Shown here: positions 1 through 9,463 of the stretch, piece by piece
How the letters are laid out: every line of letters begins with the position of its first letter
Position numbering within the stretch: position 1 is the stretch's first letter
Origin: Alphaproteobacteria bacterium
Lineage (GTDB): Bacteria > Pseudomonadota > Alphaproteobacteria > JANQMY01
Reading direction: 5' to 3'
Length of the DNA: 61,798 bases
NCBI GenBank assembly: GCA_028279895.1
Contig: JANQMY010000071.1
Span: 1 to 61,798, forward strand
The notes under the pieces: model-generated
What the model was told of the DNA's origin: nothing
The model's database searches: none
Seen by the model: the letters and a program-made list of their open reading frames with translations, nothing else
Program-made: the position numbers and the translations under genes

Positions 1-37
1 AGAGGACCGTGTCGAACCAGGGCCCAACCCCTTCACC

Positions 38-84
38 CCGGAGAAAGTGTAAACCATGTCTCCGGTATCAAATGTAAACCATGT
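38..84. repeat. 12-bp direct repeat TGTAAACCATGT (48-59 and 73-84); the first copy sits in a 7-bp-stem hairpin CCGGAGA/TCTCCGG (38-65)
   Basis: Read directly from the sequence. Confidence 0.6.
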
Positions 85-396
85 GACAAGAATGGACCAT
101 TACAAAATGGCGGTGGGGGCAGGGGAGAGTGAACTGGTCTCCGCCGATTAAAGGGACAGACTGCCTAATGACAAGTGTTTACAGCGAACAACGGTCAAGT
201 TTGCCCAATTCGACTCGCGTATCTTAATCAGAACAGCCGAAATTCTCGATCTCAAAACAAAACTCGTCCGAAAACTCAACAGGGAAAACTCATAATCGAT
301 CAGGTAACTCGGTTCACGAAGACACGCATCTGCCTGCACTACTTGTGAATTTAGGAGATATGAGATACAACTTTAAAGAAATATCTCTTTGATGGC

Positions 397-663
397 TTGC
401 AGGCGGTGCCAATGACCCATGAAGGCGATTTTATCCTTATCATGAACAAACATAGACGCGGCCGCGCCGGAAAGTGGATCGGCACCCACCAGATTACGGC
501 GGATATCAAGGTCTTAAGGGCTTACGAAACGTACAATGACGAAGAGGATTCAATTTCGAAGTCTGGGATCAAATTAGTCAAAACAGAAGCTAAATCGTTG
601 GTTTACGTTCCGAGCGGACGTCGCCATGGCGGCGTTATCTATCGCATAGAGTCTGATGGGTGA
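397..663 (+). CDS. small hypothetical protein (start uncertain; ATG at 412 possible)
   Basis: Open frame ending 10 nt before the next same-strand ORF. No recognisable motif. Confidence 0.3.
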   Translation: MQAVPMTHEGDFILIMNKHRRGRAGKWIGTHQITADIKVLRAYETYNDEEDSISKSGIKLVKTEAKSLVYVPSGRRHGGVIYRIESDG

Positions 664-672
664 GGTTAAGGT

Positions 673-1932
673 ATGCGTACCACCAAATCCCTTATTTTTC
701 TTGCGGGGACAACGATTTTTCTTTCAGCCTGCTTGGGACCAAAATTCACTAAGCGCTACGATACGGTTAGACCAGGGTCAGCAAAAGAGAACATCTTAGA
801 CGTTTCGGCTTTTGTTGCAGGCAGTACGCCAAGTCCGAGCGTCCGGCGTCTATCTGAAATTCCGGAAGACGCATTAGCTGAAGCGATTAAAGCTATGAGT
901 GGGGGTGCAGCTGTAACACCGACTCAGATTGGTGCCTTGATGGCGACACGGATATCACCATCTCCAGCGCAATCCGCGCCTAACTACACGAGATTTTCGC
1001 GCCGGATCGCCGTCACTGTGGATTACGAAACCTCGAGCGTATCCTCAATTGGTGAAGCGGACCGGCTGACGAGATTGAGAACCGATTTTGTATTGAGCGG
1101 CAATGAGTCACCGAAATTCGCCTCTTGGAGCCGCCTTTCGAGTCCCCTTGTAGAAGTTGACTTAGGGGACCTGCAGTTCACTCAGAGCAATACATTCAGC
1201 GCAGCTGCGGAGTTCGACACTTTGGCGCCCGATTTTGCAGGCTTGGATATCGAAGGTGAGCTTGCACGGGAACTTGTCGAGAATGTTCGGTTACGTCAAA
1301 ATATCCTTCCGTTGTACGGTGTACTTAAAGACCATGAGGCTAGGTTGGAACAGAGAGGGTCGCTTGGCAGAGATCTTGTCGGCATTCAAACTATCGACCT
1401 GACCATTACAGTGGCGGCGGATGACGGCTCGCGGATCGTAACAAGTTTTCAAGCACCATCTGCCGCGAGGTCCGGTCCGCGTTTACAAACAGGGATCATC
1501 AGGCCTCCGAAAAGCTGCGAGCCCGTCAAGCTCACGGTAAATGCCGAAGGTGTATTGCGCAGAGTCATCGACGGTGACGATACAAATACCGAGTCCGACG
1601 ACAACGTTACTTTGCAACTTGTGGGTCATAGTGGCGCTGGCGACCAGTTTGATATTGTGAGCCAAGAGCAATTGAAAGTACCGAATTGGTACATCAGACA
1701 GCCTGGTGGTTCGACAATTCAAATGCAGGCATCAGGCATGAGAGGTCCGCAAGACATGTTTTTTGACTCGATCGGTGAGGCTTCAGCGTTCTTCGACTAT
1801 ATGGCCGGTCAAGCAAACCCGCCAAGGCGTATTGGCTCTGCAACCATAACCGTTGCTGGGAACCCAGTCAGTCAGGCGTTTTTCAATACGGCGATCATCG
1901 ATGTGGCTGAACGCAATCAAACATGCCCGTGA
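673..1932 (+). CDS. putative lipoprotein of unknown function
   Basis: N-terminus MRTTKSLIFLAGTTIFLSAC has a hydrophobic signal and an L-S-A-C lipobox. The rest has no family I recognise. Confidence 0.55.
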   Translation: MRTTKSLIFLAGTTIFLSACLGPKFTKRYDTVRPGSAKENILDVSAFVAGSTPSPSVRRLSEIPEDALAEAIKAMSGGAAVTPTQIGALMATRISPSPAQSAPNYTRFSRRIAVTVDYETSSVSSIGEADRLTRLRTDFVLSGNESPKFASWSRLSSPLVEVDLGDLQFTQSNTFSAAAEFDTLAPDFAGLDIEGELARELVENVRLRQNILPLYGVLKDHEARLEQRGSLGRDLVGIQTIDLTITVAADDGSRIVTSFQAPSAARSGPRLQTGIIRPPKSCEPVKLTVNAEGVLRRVIDGDDTNTESDDNVTLQLVGHSGAGDQFDIVSQEQLKVPNWYIRQPGGSTIQMQASGMRGPQDMFFDSIGEASAFFDYMAGQANPPRRIGSATITVAGNPVSQAFFNTAIIDVAERNQTCP

Positions 1933-1947
1933 ATGCCACTGAGAAGA

Positions 1948-2865
1948 TCAGAGCAAGTTTTCAAGCACATTCGCTTCTTCCAGCCTACGTCTCAAGCTTT
2001 CATCCGTGACTTTGGTATAGATCTCTGTTGTTGCGATTGAGGCATGCCCTAATAATCTTTGTACAAACCGAATGTCCACGCCCCCTTCAATGAGAAGCGT
2101 TGCGGCCGTATGGCGTAGCATGTGAGGTGTCACGCGATCACCGATATCGGACCGCACCGCTAAATGTCTCAACCGTCGCCTAAATGTTTGAGGTGTCATC
2201 GGACCACCACGGGAGTTGACGAAAAGCGGGTCATCTAACTTCCCAGTTTCGGCTCGTCGTCGTTTAATCTCTAACAACTGCCCCTTGACCGCGTCATCGG
2301 TAATGTAAACCCGTCTTTCTTTAGCGCCCTTGCCATCGATTCCTATTGAGGCGCCGTCGGAAGCGACATCGCACAGCCGTATAGCACAAAGCTCCGAAAC
2401 TCGAATCCCTGTTAGCGCAATGAGCGCTACGGTAAACTGGGTCGATAGCAAGTGTCCCAATCCCTCAATAGCTTCCGAAGACCCTAGATAGCTCTTATTT
2501 CCAAGTAGTTTCTGTACATCTGAGCGATCGAGAGCGCGCGGTAATCGTTGGGGTCTTTTGATTGAAGGAGACCACTCGCGAAAAGGTCCCTCGACACCTA
2601 GCTCTTCAGCGCAGTATTTGAAAAAAGACTTTAAGCAAGCCACGCGGCGTCGGGCTGTAGCCGCAGACAAATTTCTGTTTTCAATCATGTGAGCGAGGAA
2701 ATGCCGGATATCATCTGCCTTGATATCCAAGATGCTTGCCTTCGTTGATGTTACACGGCCAAACGCTCTTAAGTCAGACTTATAAGCCTGGACTGTATGG
2801 GCCGATAATTTTCGTTCGACAGAACAGAAGAAAAGGAACTTCTCGACCGCATCTGGAAATCTCAT
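1948..2865 (-). CDS. tyrosine recombinase / phage-type integrase (XerC/XerD-like)
   Basis: N-terminal SAM-like core-binding region (FLFFCSVERKLSAHTVQAYKSDL). The C-terminal catalytic box is HMLRHTAATLLIEGGVDIRFVQRLLGHASIATTEIYTKV, giving R..H-x-x-R..H..Y. Confidence 0.85.
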   Translation of the reverse strand: MRFPDAVEKFLFFCSVERKLSAHTVQAYKSDLRAFGRVTSTKASILDIKADDIRHFLAHMIENRNLSAATARRRVACLKSFFKYCAEELGVEGPFREWSPSIKRPQRLPRALDRSDVQKLLGNKSYLGSSEAIEGLGHLLSTQFTVALIALTGIRVSELCAIRLCDVASDGASIGIDGKGAKERRVYITDDAVKGQLLEIKRRRAETGKLDDPLFVNSRGGPMTPQTFRRRLRHLAVRSDIGDRVTPHMLRHTAATLLIEGGVDIRFVQRLLGHASIATTEIYTKVTDESLRRRLEEANVLENLL

Positions 2866-2958
2866 TTAGGTTGTCTCGAAACAAAAAAATCCCCTTATGA
2901 AAGATTATGTTTAACAACCCGTTTCTCGATATTGGACTAAAGTAGACATAGCGCTACC

Positions 2959-5900
2959 ATGCAATCATTTGTGGCATCTTTAGTGGATAAACAGGGGTTA
3001 TGTAACACGATGCTGGAAACGTTCCATACTGGGCGGTCGCGGGTCGTACTGTTCGTCCATGGGTTCAACAGCAATGTCGATACATTTGTCGGTGATGATC
3101 AGCGTCACCTGTTCCAGCACCTTCAAGACAACGCTTCAATTCTTGAGCACTTTGATCGAGCACAGTATTCGTACGGTACGAGCCTGTTTCGCAATTCGTT
3201 TGTGAATCATATGAAGCGAGCTATTCGTCCTGACGCCAAACCGTTAAAAACTGCAGCCTCATTGTCTCACACCGTCGAGAATCTCCAAGATGGCTTTCAG
3301 TCCCTGGCGGAAAAGTATGACGACTTCGTACTCGTTGGACACAGCATGGGCGGAATTGTAGTCAAATCGCTTCTGACGCGGCTTTCGGAATCGTCTCGCG
3401 TTAAAGTCTCACATTTCATTACATTAGGAACCCCACACCTGGGAATACCGTCTATTTCTTTCAATCAATTCGGCAAAATCTTAGGCAATCGGCAATTTGC
3501 AGATTTGTCATCACACAATCCGTTCCTTCAAGAACTCAATCATGCTTGGGATCAAATCCGACTGTCTGTCCCACATACGTTTTTTTATGGACTTCATGAT
3601 ACCATTGTTCCACGGAAGTACGGTGCTCCTCGTAACGATTTGGAGAACTGCCGGGCACTCGATGCGGATCATTTCTCTATTTGTCGGCCATCTGAAACCA
3701 ACCGTGAGTTAGTGGCATCGCTTGAAGCGATTATCCTCAATAGTCTGACTTCAGTTACTTGGGAACGGCTTTCATACGGTACGCTCAAAACGATCTGCTC
3801 TGATTATAAAGAACGAGAACAGCTGAATGACCGGACCTTGGTTTGTTTCTCGAACCGAATACCTGAACTGCAGTTACTGGAACCACATATCGAGAATGCT
3901 GCTTCAGCAGAGGTCGGCCTTTTGGTGGCAACAACTGCTGAGTTGAACGATAGAGATACTGCTGCACTTTCTGTGGCCGCCAAGAAATGGTCAGTGGCTC
4001 TCACTTTCTGGGATCGTCGCGACCTCTCAGCTTTATCAAAGAAGTACCCCCAAGTCGGAATACAGCACGGACTTATTGCAGTATCTCCGGTAAAGATTCC
4101 GCGATCGGCGCCCACCTTATCGATAAACTCTATTCCGGAGAGTCAAATCATAAATCGAACAAGAGAACGAGACTTCATTCGTAGGTTCGAAGAATCTTCG
4201 GCAAATGCCCTTTGGGTGTTTGGTATTGCTGGGGTTGGGAAATCGGTCTTGGTAGCCGCAGCAGTTCGTGAGTTCTTAAAACGATATTCAGCTACAGGTG
4301 TGCTGAGGGTCACACCCAAAACGGATACGACCGAGTTTGCAAAATTTTTGAATGACACATTCGCAAAAGCAGGGGTTCACTCGTTCAAGTCTATCTACGG
4401 CAACTCAAAGGTATCCGAAGAAGATAGGATTGCTACTGCAGTTTCTATTCTGCAACAGAACCGTCTATTGATTGTTATTGATAATTTTGAAGCCGCTCTT
4501 TCCGATCAAGGCGACTGCTTGATTTCTAATGTTCTTCCCATAATCAGGCAATTGGCGGAAGAAGGTGGGAAATCGAAAGTTATCATTACGTCACGCGCCC
4601 CTGTGCCAAAATTACTGAATGCACTGCTCAGAGTCGAAAGCCTCGATATTGAACCTCTAGTTCCTGAACAATGCGAGACCGAATACATCCCATCTTTGCC
4701 AAGGTTATCAATGGCAATTGATGAAAGTGAGGACTGGTCTATAGAACGTGTTCACGCCGTAACTGGCGGAATCCCGCTCGCACTAAACCTGCTCGATCGC
4801 TACCTATCTTTCCACACGCTCGATGAAGCTCATCGGAAGAGCTCCGAAAAGTTTCAAGCTTACCTGATTGAGACAATTGCAGGCAGTGAGACCACGAATG
4901 TTTTTGAAGCGTTACAACTGATAGCAGTTCTAGAAGGTGGCGTATCAGTGTCGCTATTTGAATACTTGGAACTCACGGACGTAGAGGTCAATCAAGTCGC
5001 GCATAGCCAGCTGTTGTCGTTCAATCAATTGGATAACGTATTCCACATGCATACCACGGTACGCGAGGCCATTCTCAAGACCATGGCGTTCGATAAGCTA
5101 CGCCAACTAAACCTGCTTGCCGCTCAGTACTTGGATTTTGAATATCGTGGACTGCACAAAGACAGTAAAGATAGGCACTTTGCAGAGCGAAAAAGACTTG
5201 CCTTCTTGATTAGCGCCTCCGACTACGAAGGCGCGGCACGATTGTTAGGACGTATTTGCACACGATACTTGTCGTTTAATAGTCATGATGAGTTGGACCA
5301 GATCATCGGTAGACTCCGGTCCCGACGCCTCAGCAAAAAAGCTCAAGCCTGGCTTCTAAACGTCGATGCCCATATGGGAGACTTCTTAAGAGCATTTGAT
5401 GAAACTAAGTCTCTGTATCAGAAAATGGTCGAGCTTTCAGTCGATAGTGATGATTACGAGTTAGCCTCGCTCTCGATCAGCAATTTTGCGACCACGAAGC
5501 GTCGGCGCGGTGATTTCAATGGAGCAATCAAAGACTATTGGAGAGCTTATCGGATAGCTCGGAGAGACAATTCCAGAAAGATGGTCGGGTCTTGTCTCAA
5601 CAATATCGCTCAGGCGTACGCTTACCTTTACCAGCATGAGGGTGGAGATGCTGATCGAGTGCAACGCATTTTCGAGAGAGCTATCCAGGTACGGACGATG
5701 GATGGAGACAAATTTCGCATCGCAGCAACTTATTTTCACTACGGGGCATTTTGTATTACTCGCCATCGCAACGAGTCCAACAATGCGAGTAATTGGTTAG
5801 AGCGCGGTCGCTCTCTGCTTCGCCGCAGTTTAGAACTTCAAGTAGATCAGGAGAATTTTTGGCTACTTGATCGAACATACGAACAGTTAGCATTGGCTGC

Positions 5901-6000
5901 AGACTTAATAGGTGATGAGATTAAGGCTGTTGAATTTCGCTCCTTTGCAGAGACGCAAAGGCTAGAACGTGATATTTATGTCAGTCCCCGGTTTCACTGA
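2959..6000 (+). CDS. alpha/beta-hydrolase (serine esterase/lipase-like) - NB-ARC STAND NTPase - TPR-like repeat protein
   Basis: Hydrolase triad candidates are VLVGHSMGG (nucleophile elbow), GLHDTIVP and DADHFS. NB-ARC motifs are Walker A GIAGVGKS, Walker B LLIVIDNFE, VIITSR and GGIPLAL. The C-terminal roughly 300 aa is helical and TPR-like (NIAQAYAYLYQHEG...). Confidence 0.8.
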   Translation: MQSFVASLVDKQGLCNTMLETFHTGRSRVVLFVHGFNSNVDTFVGDDQRHLFQHLQDNASILEHFDRAQYSYGTSLFRNSFVNHMKRAIRPDAKPLKTAASLSHTVENLQDGFQSLAEKYDDFVLVGHSMGGIVVKSLLTRLSESSRVKVSHFITLGTPHLGIPSISFNQFGKILGNRQFADLSSHNPFLQELNHAWDQIRLSVPHTFFYGLHDTIVPRKYGAPRNDLENCRALDADHFSICRPSETNRELVASLEAIILNSLTSVTWERLSYGTLKTICSDYKEREQLNDRTLVCFSNRIPELQLLEPHIENAASAEVGLLVATTAELNDRDTAALSVAAKKWSVALTFWDRRDLSALSKKYPQVGIQHGLIAVSPVKIPRSAPTLSINSIPESQIINRTRERDFIRRFEESSANALWVFGIAGVGKSVLVAAAVREFLKRYSATGVLRVTPKTDTTEFAKFLNDTFAKAGVHSFKSIYGNSKVSEEDRIATAVSILQQNRLLIVIDNFEAALSDQGDCLISNVLPIIRQLAEEGGKSKVIITSRAPVPKLLNALLRVESLDIEPLVPEQCETEYIPSLPRLSMAIDESEDWSIERVHAVTGGIPLALNLLDRYLSFHTLDEAHRKSSEKFQAYLIETIAGSETTNVFEALQLIAVLEGGVSVSLFEYLELTDVEVNQVAHSQLLSFNQLDNVFHMHTTVREAILKTMAFDKLRQLNLLAAQYLDFEYRGLHKDSKDRHFAERKRLAFLISASDYEGAARLLGRICTRYLSFNSHDELDQIIGRLRSRRLSKKAQAWLLNVDAHMGDFLRAFDETKSLYQKMVELSVDSDDYELASLSISNFATTKRRRGDFNGAIKDYWRAYRIARRDNSRKMVGSCLNNIAQAYAYLYQHEGGDADRVQRIFERAIQVRTMDGDKFRIAATYFHYGAFCITRHRNESNNASNWLERGRSLLRRSLELQVDQENFWLLDRTYEQLALAADLIGDEIKAVEFRSFAETQRLERDIYVSPRFH

Positions 6001-6014
6001 AGACACGCTCGATC

Positions 6015-7472
6015 TCAAAGTTTACGTGTGCCGGTTAAAATGAAAAAGTAGTCTTTTGTAAACTCGATCGACCAATCTGCAAGGTACTTGTCTGCCATCG
6101 TCTCCAGCTCGACGCGTGTGAAATAGTGTTTAACCACACGAAATGTTCGTCCGTCTTTCAACGTTCTTAGTTGAATGTCATTTGAATGCGACAGACAATT
6201 TAGCTCGGTTGGATTGTAGTAGGAGTCTAGGATAGTTACTTGTCCGCCCGGCGGGGACAAGGCTTGGTCAATACGTTCGAAAAGTGCCTCAATTTTCCCT
6301 CTCGGAACGTGGCTAATTAGGAACCCGAAAAAACAAGCCGTAAACTTGCCTAGCAAAGCGTCCGGCAGATCTTGATAAATATCGATGATTAGTCCCTTTA
6401 TGCCGGTATTCTTGAAATTCTCGTCGAGCATTTTGGAGGAAGCATCTGTTGGGAGTATTTGGTTTTTACGTGCAAGTAATTTCGTCCATTTCCCTGTTCC
6501 AGCTGCAAATTCAATGATGCTCTGACTCTCGATTTTTTGGAGAACGCTTGCCACATGATCTACGTCCTTGGACCAGCGTTCGTTGAGGGTTTCGCCTTTA
6601 TCGTAAATGCCCTCGCGATCGTACCAGTCTTCGTACTCGGGGGCTCTCTCATTATAATATTCGAGCATTTCATTCGAAATATCACTGAGTGTCGCTGTCC
6701 TACCTACCAGAGTGTCAATGAGGTGGCGAGCAGCACTACGATCAACCGGCGACGTACCTGTTTGAATAAGCTGTCTAGCTACATGACTCGTTTCTACGAT
6801 CGATGCGAACAGCAAGTCATGACCAAATATGAGATGATCTACGCGCAACTCTCGTGCAGCATTAGTCTTCTCTTCGTCCAGGAGTGTCATAATGATTGAG
6901 AAATTTAGGTTGGGGTATTTCTCTATGACGGTCAGCATTAGGTTAGGGTTGTCACCGTGCAAAGCAACATCCGAAACTTCCGGAACATTGTTTAGCAAAT
7001 GGTCAATTTTTTCGCAGACGTGAGTTGCCGGATAGCCTCTGACCAAGCCGTTCGTGCGGGCGATCACTTTTCCAGCGAACCTTTCATCTACAAATGCGAC
7101 GCGCTCAGAAAATTGTTCGGAGGTAAGTAGATCTTGGTCGGACTCGTATAGCGCCGAGACTTTTGGAGTCCGCTCGTCTTCTACGCATACGGCATACGCA
7201 CCCATCTCCGACAATGAAGACAGCAGGTGTGCAAATTCACCTACGTCATTGGAGCCACTATCTATGTCTACGATTGCCGGAATTTGGCTTGACTTCAAGA
7301 TCCGTTCGATGATGAGCAACTTGTCGTCGATCCTTGCAGCATCTTCATCGGGAAGCCCAAAACAAGCCGCGGAAATTGAAAAACCACTGACCCAAATGCC
7401 AGCTCCACCTAATTGTTCAACTAGACTTGCTTCAAGCGGTGAGTGGACGCCTAAAACTATACTACTGGACAT
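6015..7472 (-). CDS. fusion of a PEP-mutase/isocitrate-lyase-superfamily domain and a class I SAM-dependent methyltransferase
   Basis: The N-terminal half is co-linear with PEP mutase family motifs (GIWVSGFSISAA, IPAIVDIDSGSND, AVCVEDERTPKVSAL). The C-terminal half has methyltransferase motif I (IIEFAAGTGKWT) and downstream motifs (FFGFLISHVP). Confidence 0.7.
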   Translation of the reverse strand: MSSSIVLGVHSPLEASLVEQLGGAGIWVSGFSISAACFGLPDEDAARIDDKLLIIERILKSSQIPAIVDIDSGSNDVGEFAHLLSSLSEMGAYAVCVEDERTPKVSALYESDQDLLTSEQFSERVAFVDERFAGKVIARTNGLVRGYPATHVCEKIDHLLNNVPEVSDVALHGDNPNLMLTVIEKYPNLNFSIIMTLLDEEKTNAARELRVDHLIFGHDLLFASIVETSHVARQLIQTGTSPVDRSAARHLIDTLVGRTATLSDISNEMLEYYNERAPEYEDWYDREGIYDKGETLNERWSKDVDHVASVLQKIESQSIIEFAAGTGKWTKLLARKNQILPTDASSKMLDENFKNTGIKGLIIDIYQDLPDALLGKFTACFFGFLISHVPRGKIEALFERIDQALSPPGGQVTILDSYYNPTELNCLSHSNDIQLRTLKDGRTFRVVKHYFTRVELETMADKYLADWSIEFTKDYFFILTGTRKL

Positions 7473-7873
7473 GACCCATAACCCCTGTTTATAGGTACTG
7501 CGACGAAGGTCGAAGTGGGCAACTGCTTTAGGAGCTTCAAGGCCTCATCTGACCACAATCGGCGAAGTCATTTTCGTAGGAGCCCGACATCTAGAATTAG
7601 GCCCGGAAAAGAGATTGCGTGATCGCGGTCTAGACGTTTGCAGATGATGCCAGTTATCGTTGCGCCGGGGGAACCTATTAGGTGGTTGTTTCGTTTCATG
7701 TTGGGGTTCGTTGAACATTCGGTCTGAGTGCTCGTAGTTTGGCCTCACAGTTCAACAGACTCATTTTGTTGTTCATGTTCGGTGATACATAAAGAACAGT
7801 TGACCAAACTCACAAAACCGAACCGGGGCCTGTCTTATCAGAAGGGGCTTCATGGGAGTTTGCGCCCAAGGCG

Positions 7874-8317
7874 TTGGAACAGCTTTTACCTGGCCGACAT
7901 AGGAAGAGCCATAACCACCAGAATATTCCATTCTTAATGATAACTATGGGCTGGGATAGGGCGTTGTCTACGTTTTCACCAGAGCTGTTGGGTCATCGAG
8001 ACGCAAGATACAACGATTTCATAGTTGGCAATACGAATTCCGATCCGATAATTGAAATCCGGCCAGAGATGATTAGCCTCTTTAGCGACGTCGACAGGGA
8101 AACCAACGCCTGCAAGGCAGAACGCGGCTACTTCAATCTTTGCGGAGGCGGCGCCCCAGCTAACAAATACTTTGAGAACGGTGATTTTGATTCGACCAAG
8201 AATTTCTGTCGCTTTACTAAGATGGCTGTCGTTGACATGATCTTAGCGCACGCGGAACGTCGGAAACCAAACAAACACAACGGGAATCTTGAAACACAGA
8301 TTTACGGAAAAGTATGA
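7874..8317 (+). CDS. hypothetical protein (possible real start near 7937)
   Basis: Only an open frame in an otherwise ORF-poor stretch. No motif recognised. Confidence 0.25.
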   Translation: MEQLLPGRHRKSHNHQNIPFLMITMGWDRALSTFSPELLGHRDARYNDFIVGNTNSDPIIEIRPEMISLFSDVDRETNACKAERGYFNLCGGGAPANKYFENGDFDSTKNFCRFTKMAVVDMILAHAERRKPNKHNGNLETQIYGKV

Positions 8318-8584
8318 TGAGTCTTGGCGAGCGCTCACTCCGATTCGCCGTAACTCTTCACAGCTGCTTAAGAATGGGGAGTTGAGGCATTTAAGAATCA
8401 GAGCCTAACGCGAAAACGGAAGCGGCGGGCTTCAATCGCAAGTTAGCCTGACCCAACCAGATTCCGTGTAGGCCAGAGAAGGAACTTTCGGTACACAGAA
8501 AACTTTGGGTAACCCAAGTGTTCTTTCATCTGCTGTCTCAGGTGATGTGGGTCTGTCACTTGTCCCCGTATTTCGGTGAGTGTT

Positions 8585-9463
8585 TTAGGGCAACCCAACG
8601 AGATCATAGATCTCAGGACCTAAACCGACCAGCGTATGGCGAGCCAGTACGCGTCCATCGGAAGACAGTGTCCAAATTGTTGCGTCTGGCCGCCTATCAG
8701 TGAGCTGTTCCCGGCGAGGCCGTTGAGCGCTTTCGGCTACATGTAAAAGACCATCAGCTGCGACTACCAAACCTCGTAGATAGCCATTTAGTCGGGCAAG
8801 GGGCTCGTTGTTGCGCCAGACGACAGAACTTCGGGACTCACAGAAAAAAAATGAGCTGTTGTACGAATAGGGGCTGTGCGGCTGGTCAAGCCCCGTACGG
8901 ATTTGTTGAGAACGCTCTATATCAATCAAGTAGCCAGTCGACTTTACCTCGTGAGCTTGCTGTCCACTGACCCCAAGCGCGCTGAGAATCAACCCGCCAT
9001 CATGTCGGACGAGACCATTAAAATGCTGAGGTTCCACGTCGGTATGCTCGAATACAGTATCTGATACGAAAGCTCCCGACACCGACATTTTGTACCTGAT
9101 AACTTGGTTGGTCCTCGAGGATACCACCCACAAGTGTTGGCCTTCCACGACCAGACCATGAGGATCTGATGCGCCTGGTAGTTCGTACCACCCCGTCTGC
9201 TCGAGTCTATGGTTAAATATGGCCAAGAACGAAACGTCTAAAGATCCCGCAACAACAAATAGACCATTTGAAGACATCGCCAGCCCCATCATGCGTATTG
9301 CCCCATTTGGGCCATCCACCGGGATCGAAGAAACTTCCCAATCGACTCTGCTATCTGCACCGAACGGCCGTCTAGCTTGAAAGAGGCAAGGACAAAAGTT
9401 GCCTCTCCGCCCGGTGTGTGCAGACCCTACGAGCGTGACGGTACTACGTTGCTCACTATTCAT
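8585..9463 (-). CDS. DUF4915 / TIGR03032-like beta-propeller-type protein (start uncertain: 9529, 9463 or 9292)
   Basis: Blade-like repeats and strings resembling the family consensus as I remember it: HFNGLV..DGG, GLDQPHSPYSY and GYLRGLVVAADGLLHVAES. Confidence 0.5.
   Translation of the reverse strand: MNSEQRSTVTLVGSAHTGRRGNFCPCLFQARRPFGADSRVDWEVSSIPVDGPNGAIRMMGLAMSSNGLFVVAGSLDVSFLAIFNHRLEQTGWYELPGASDPHGLVVEGQHLWVVSSRTNQVIRYKMSVSGAFVSDTVFEHTDVEPQHFNGLVRHDGGLILSALGVSGQQAHEVKSTGYLIDIERSQQIRTGLDQPHSPYSYNSSFFFCESRSSVVWRNNEPLARLNGYLRGLVVAADGLLHVAESAQRPRREQLTDRRPDATIWTLSSDGRVLARHTLVGLGPEIYDLVGLP

Noticed and set aside
1-30. Possible tRNA fragment or att remnant at the window start (GTCGAACC resembles a T-loop on the reverse strand)
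   Set aside because: The flanking bases cannot form a T-stem, and there is no match to the tRNA-Ser 3' end.
6015-7472. Calling this gene a bona fide PEP mutase and the cluster a phosphonate BGC
   Set aside because: The diagnostic EDK-x5-NS motif reads EDE-x5-SA. No phosphonopyruvate decarboxylase or other thermodynamic-pull enzyme is visible. I kept it as a hypothesis only.
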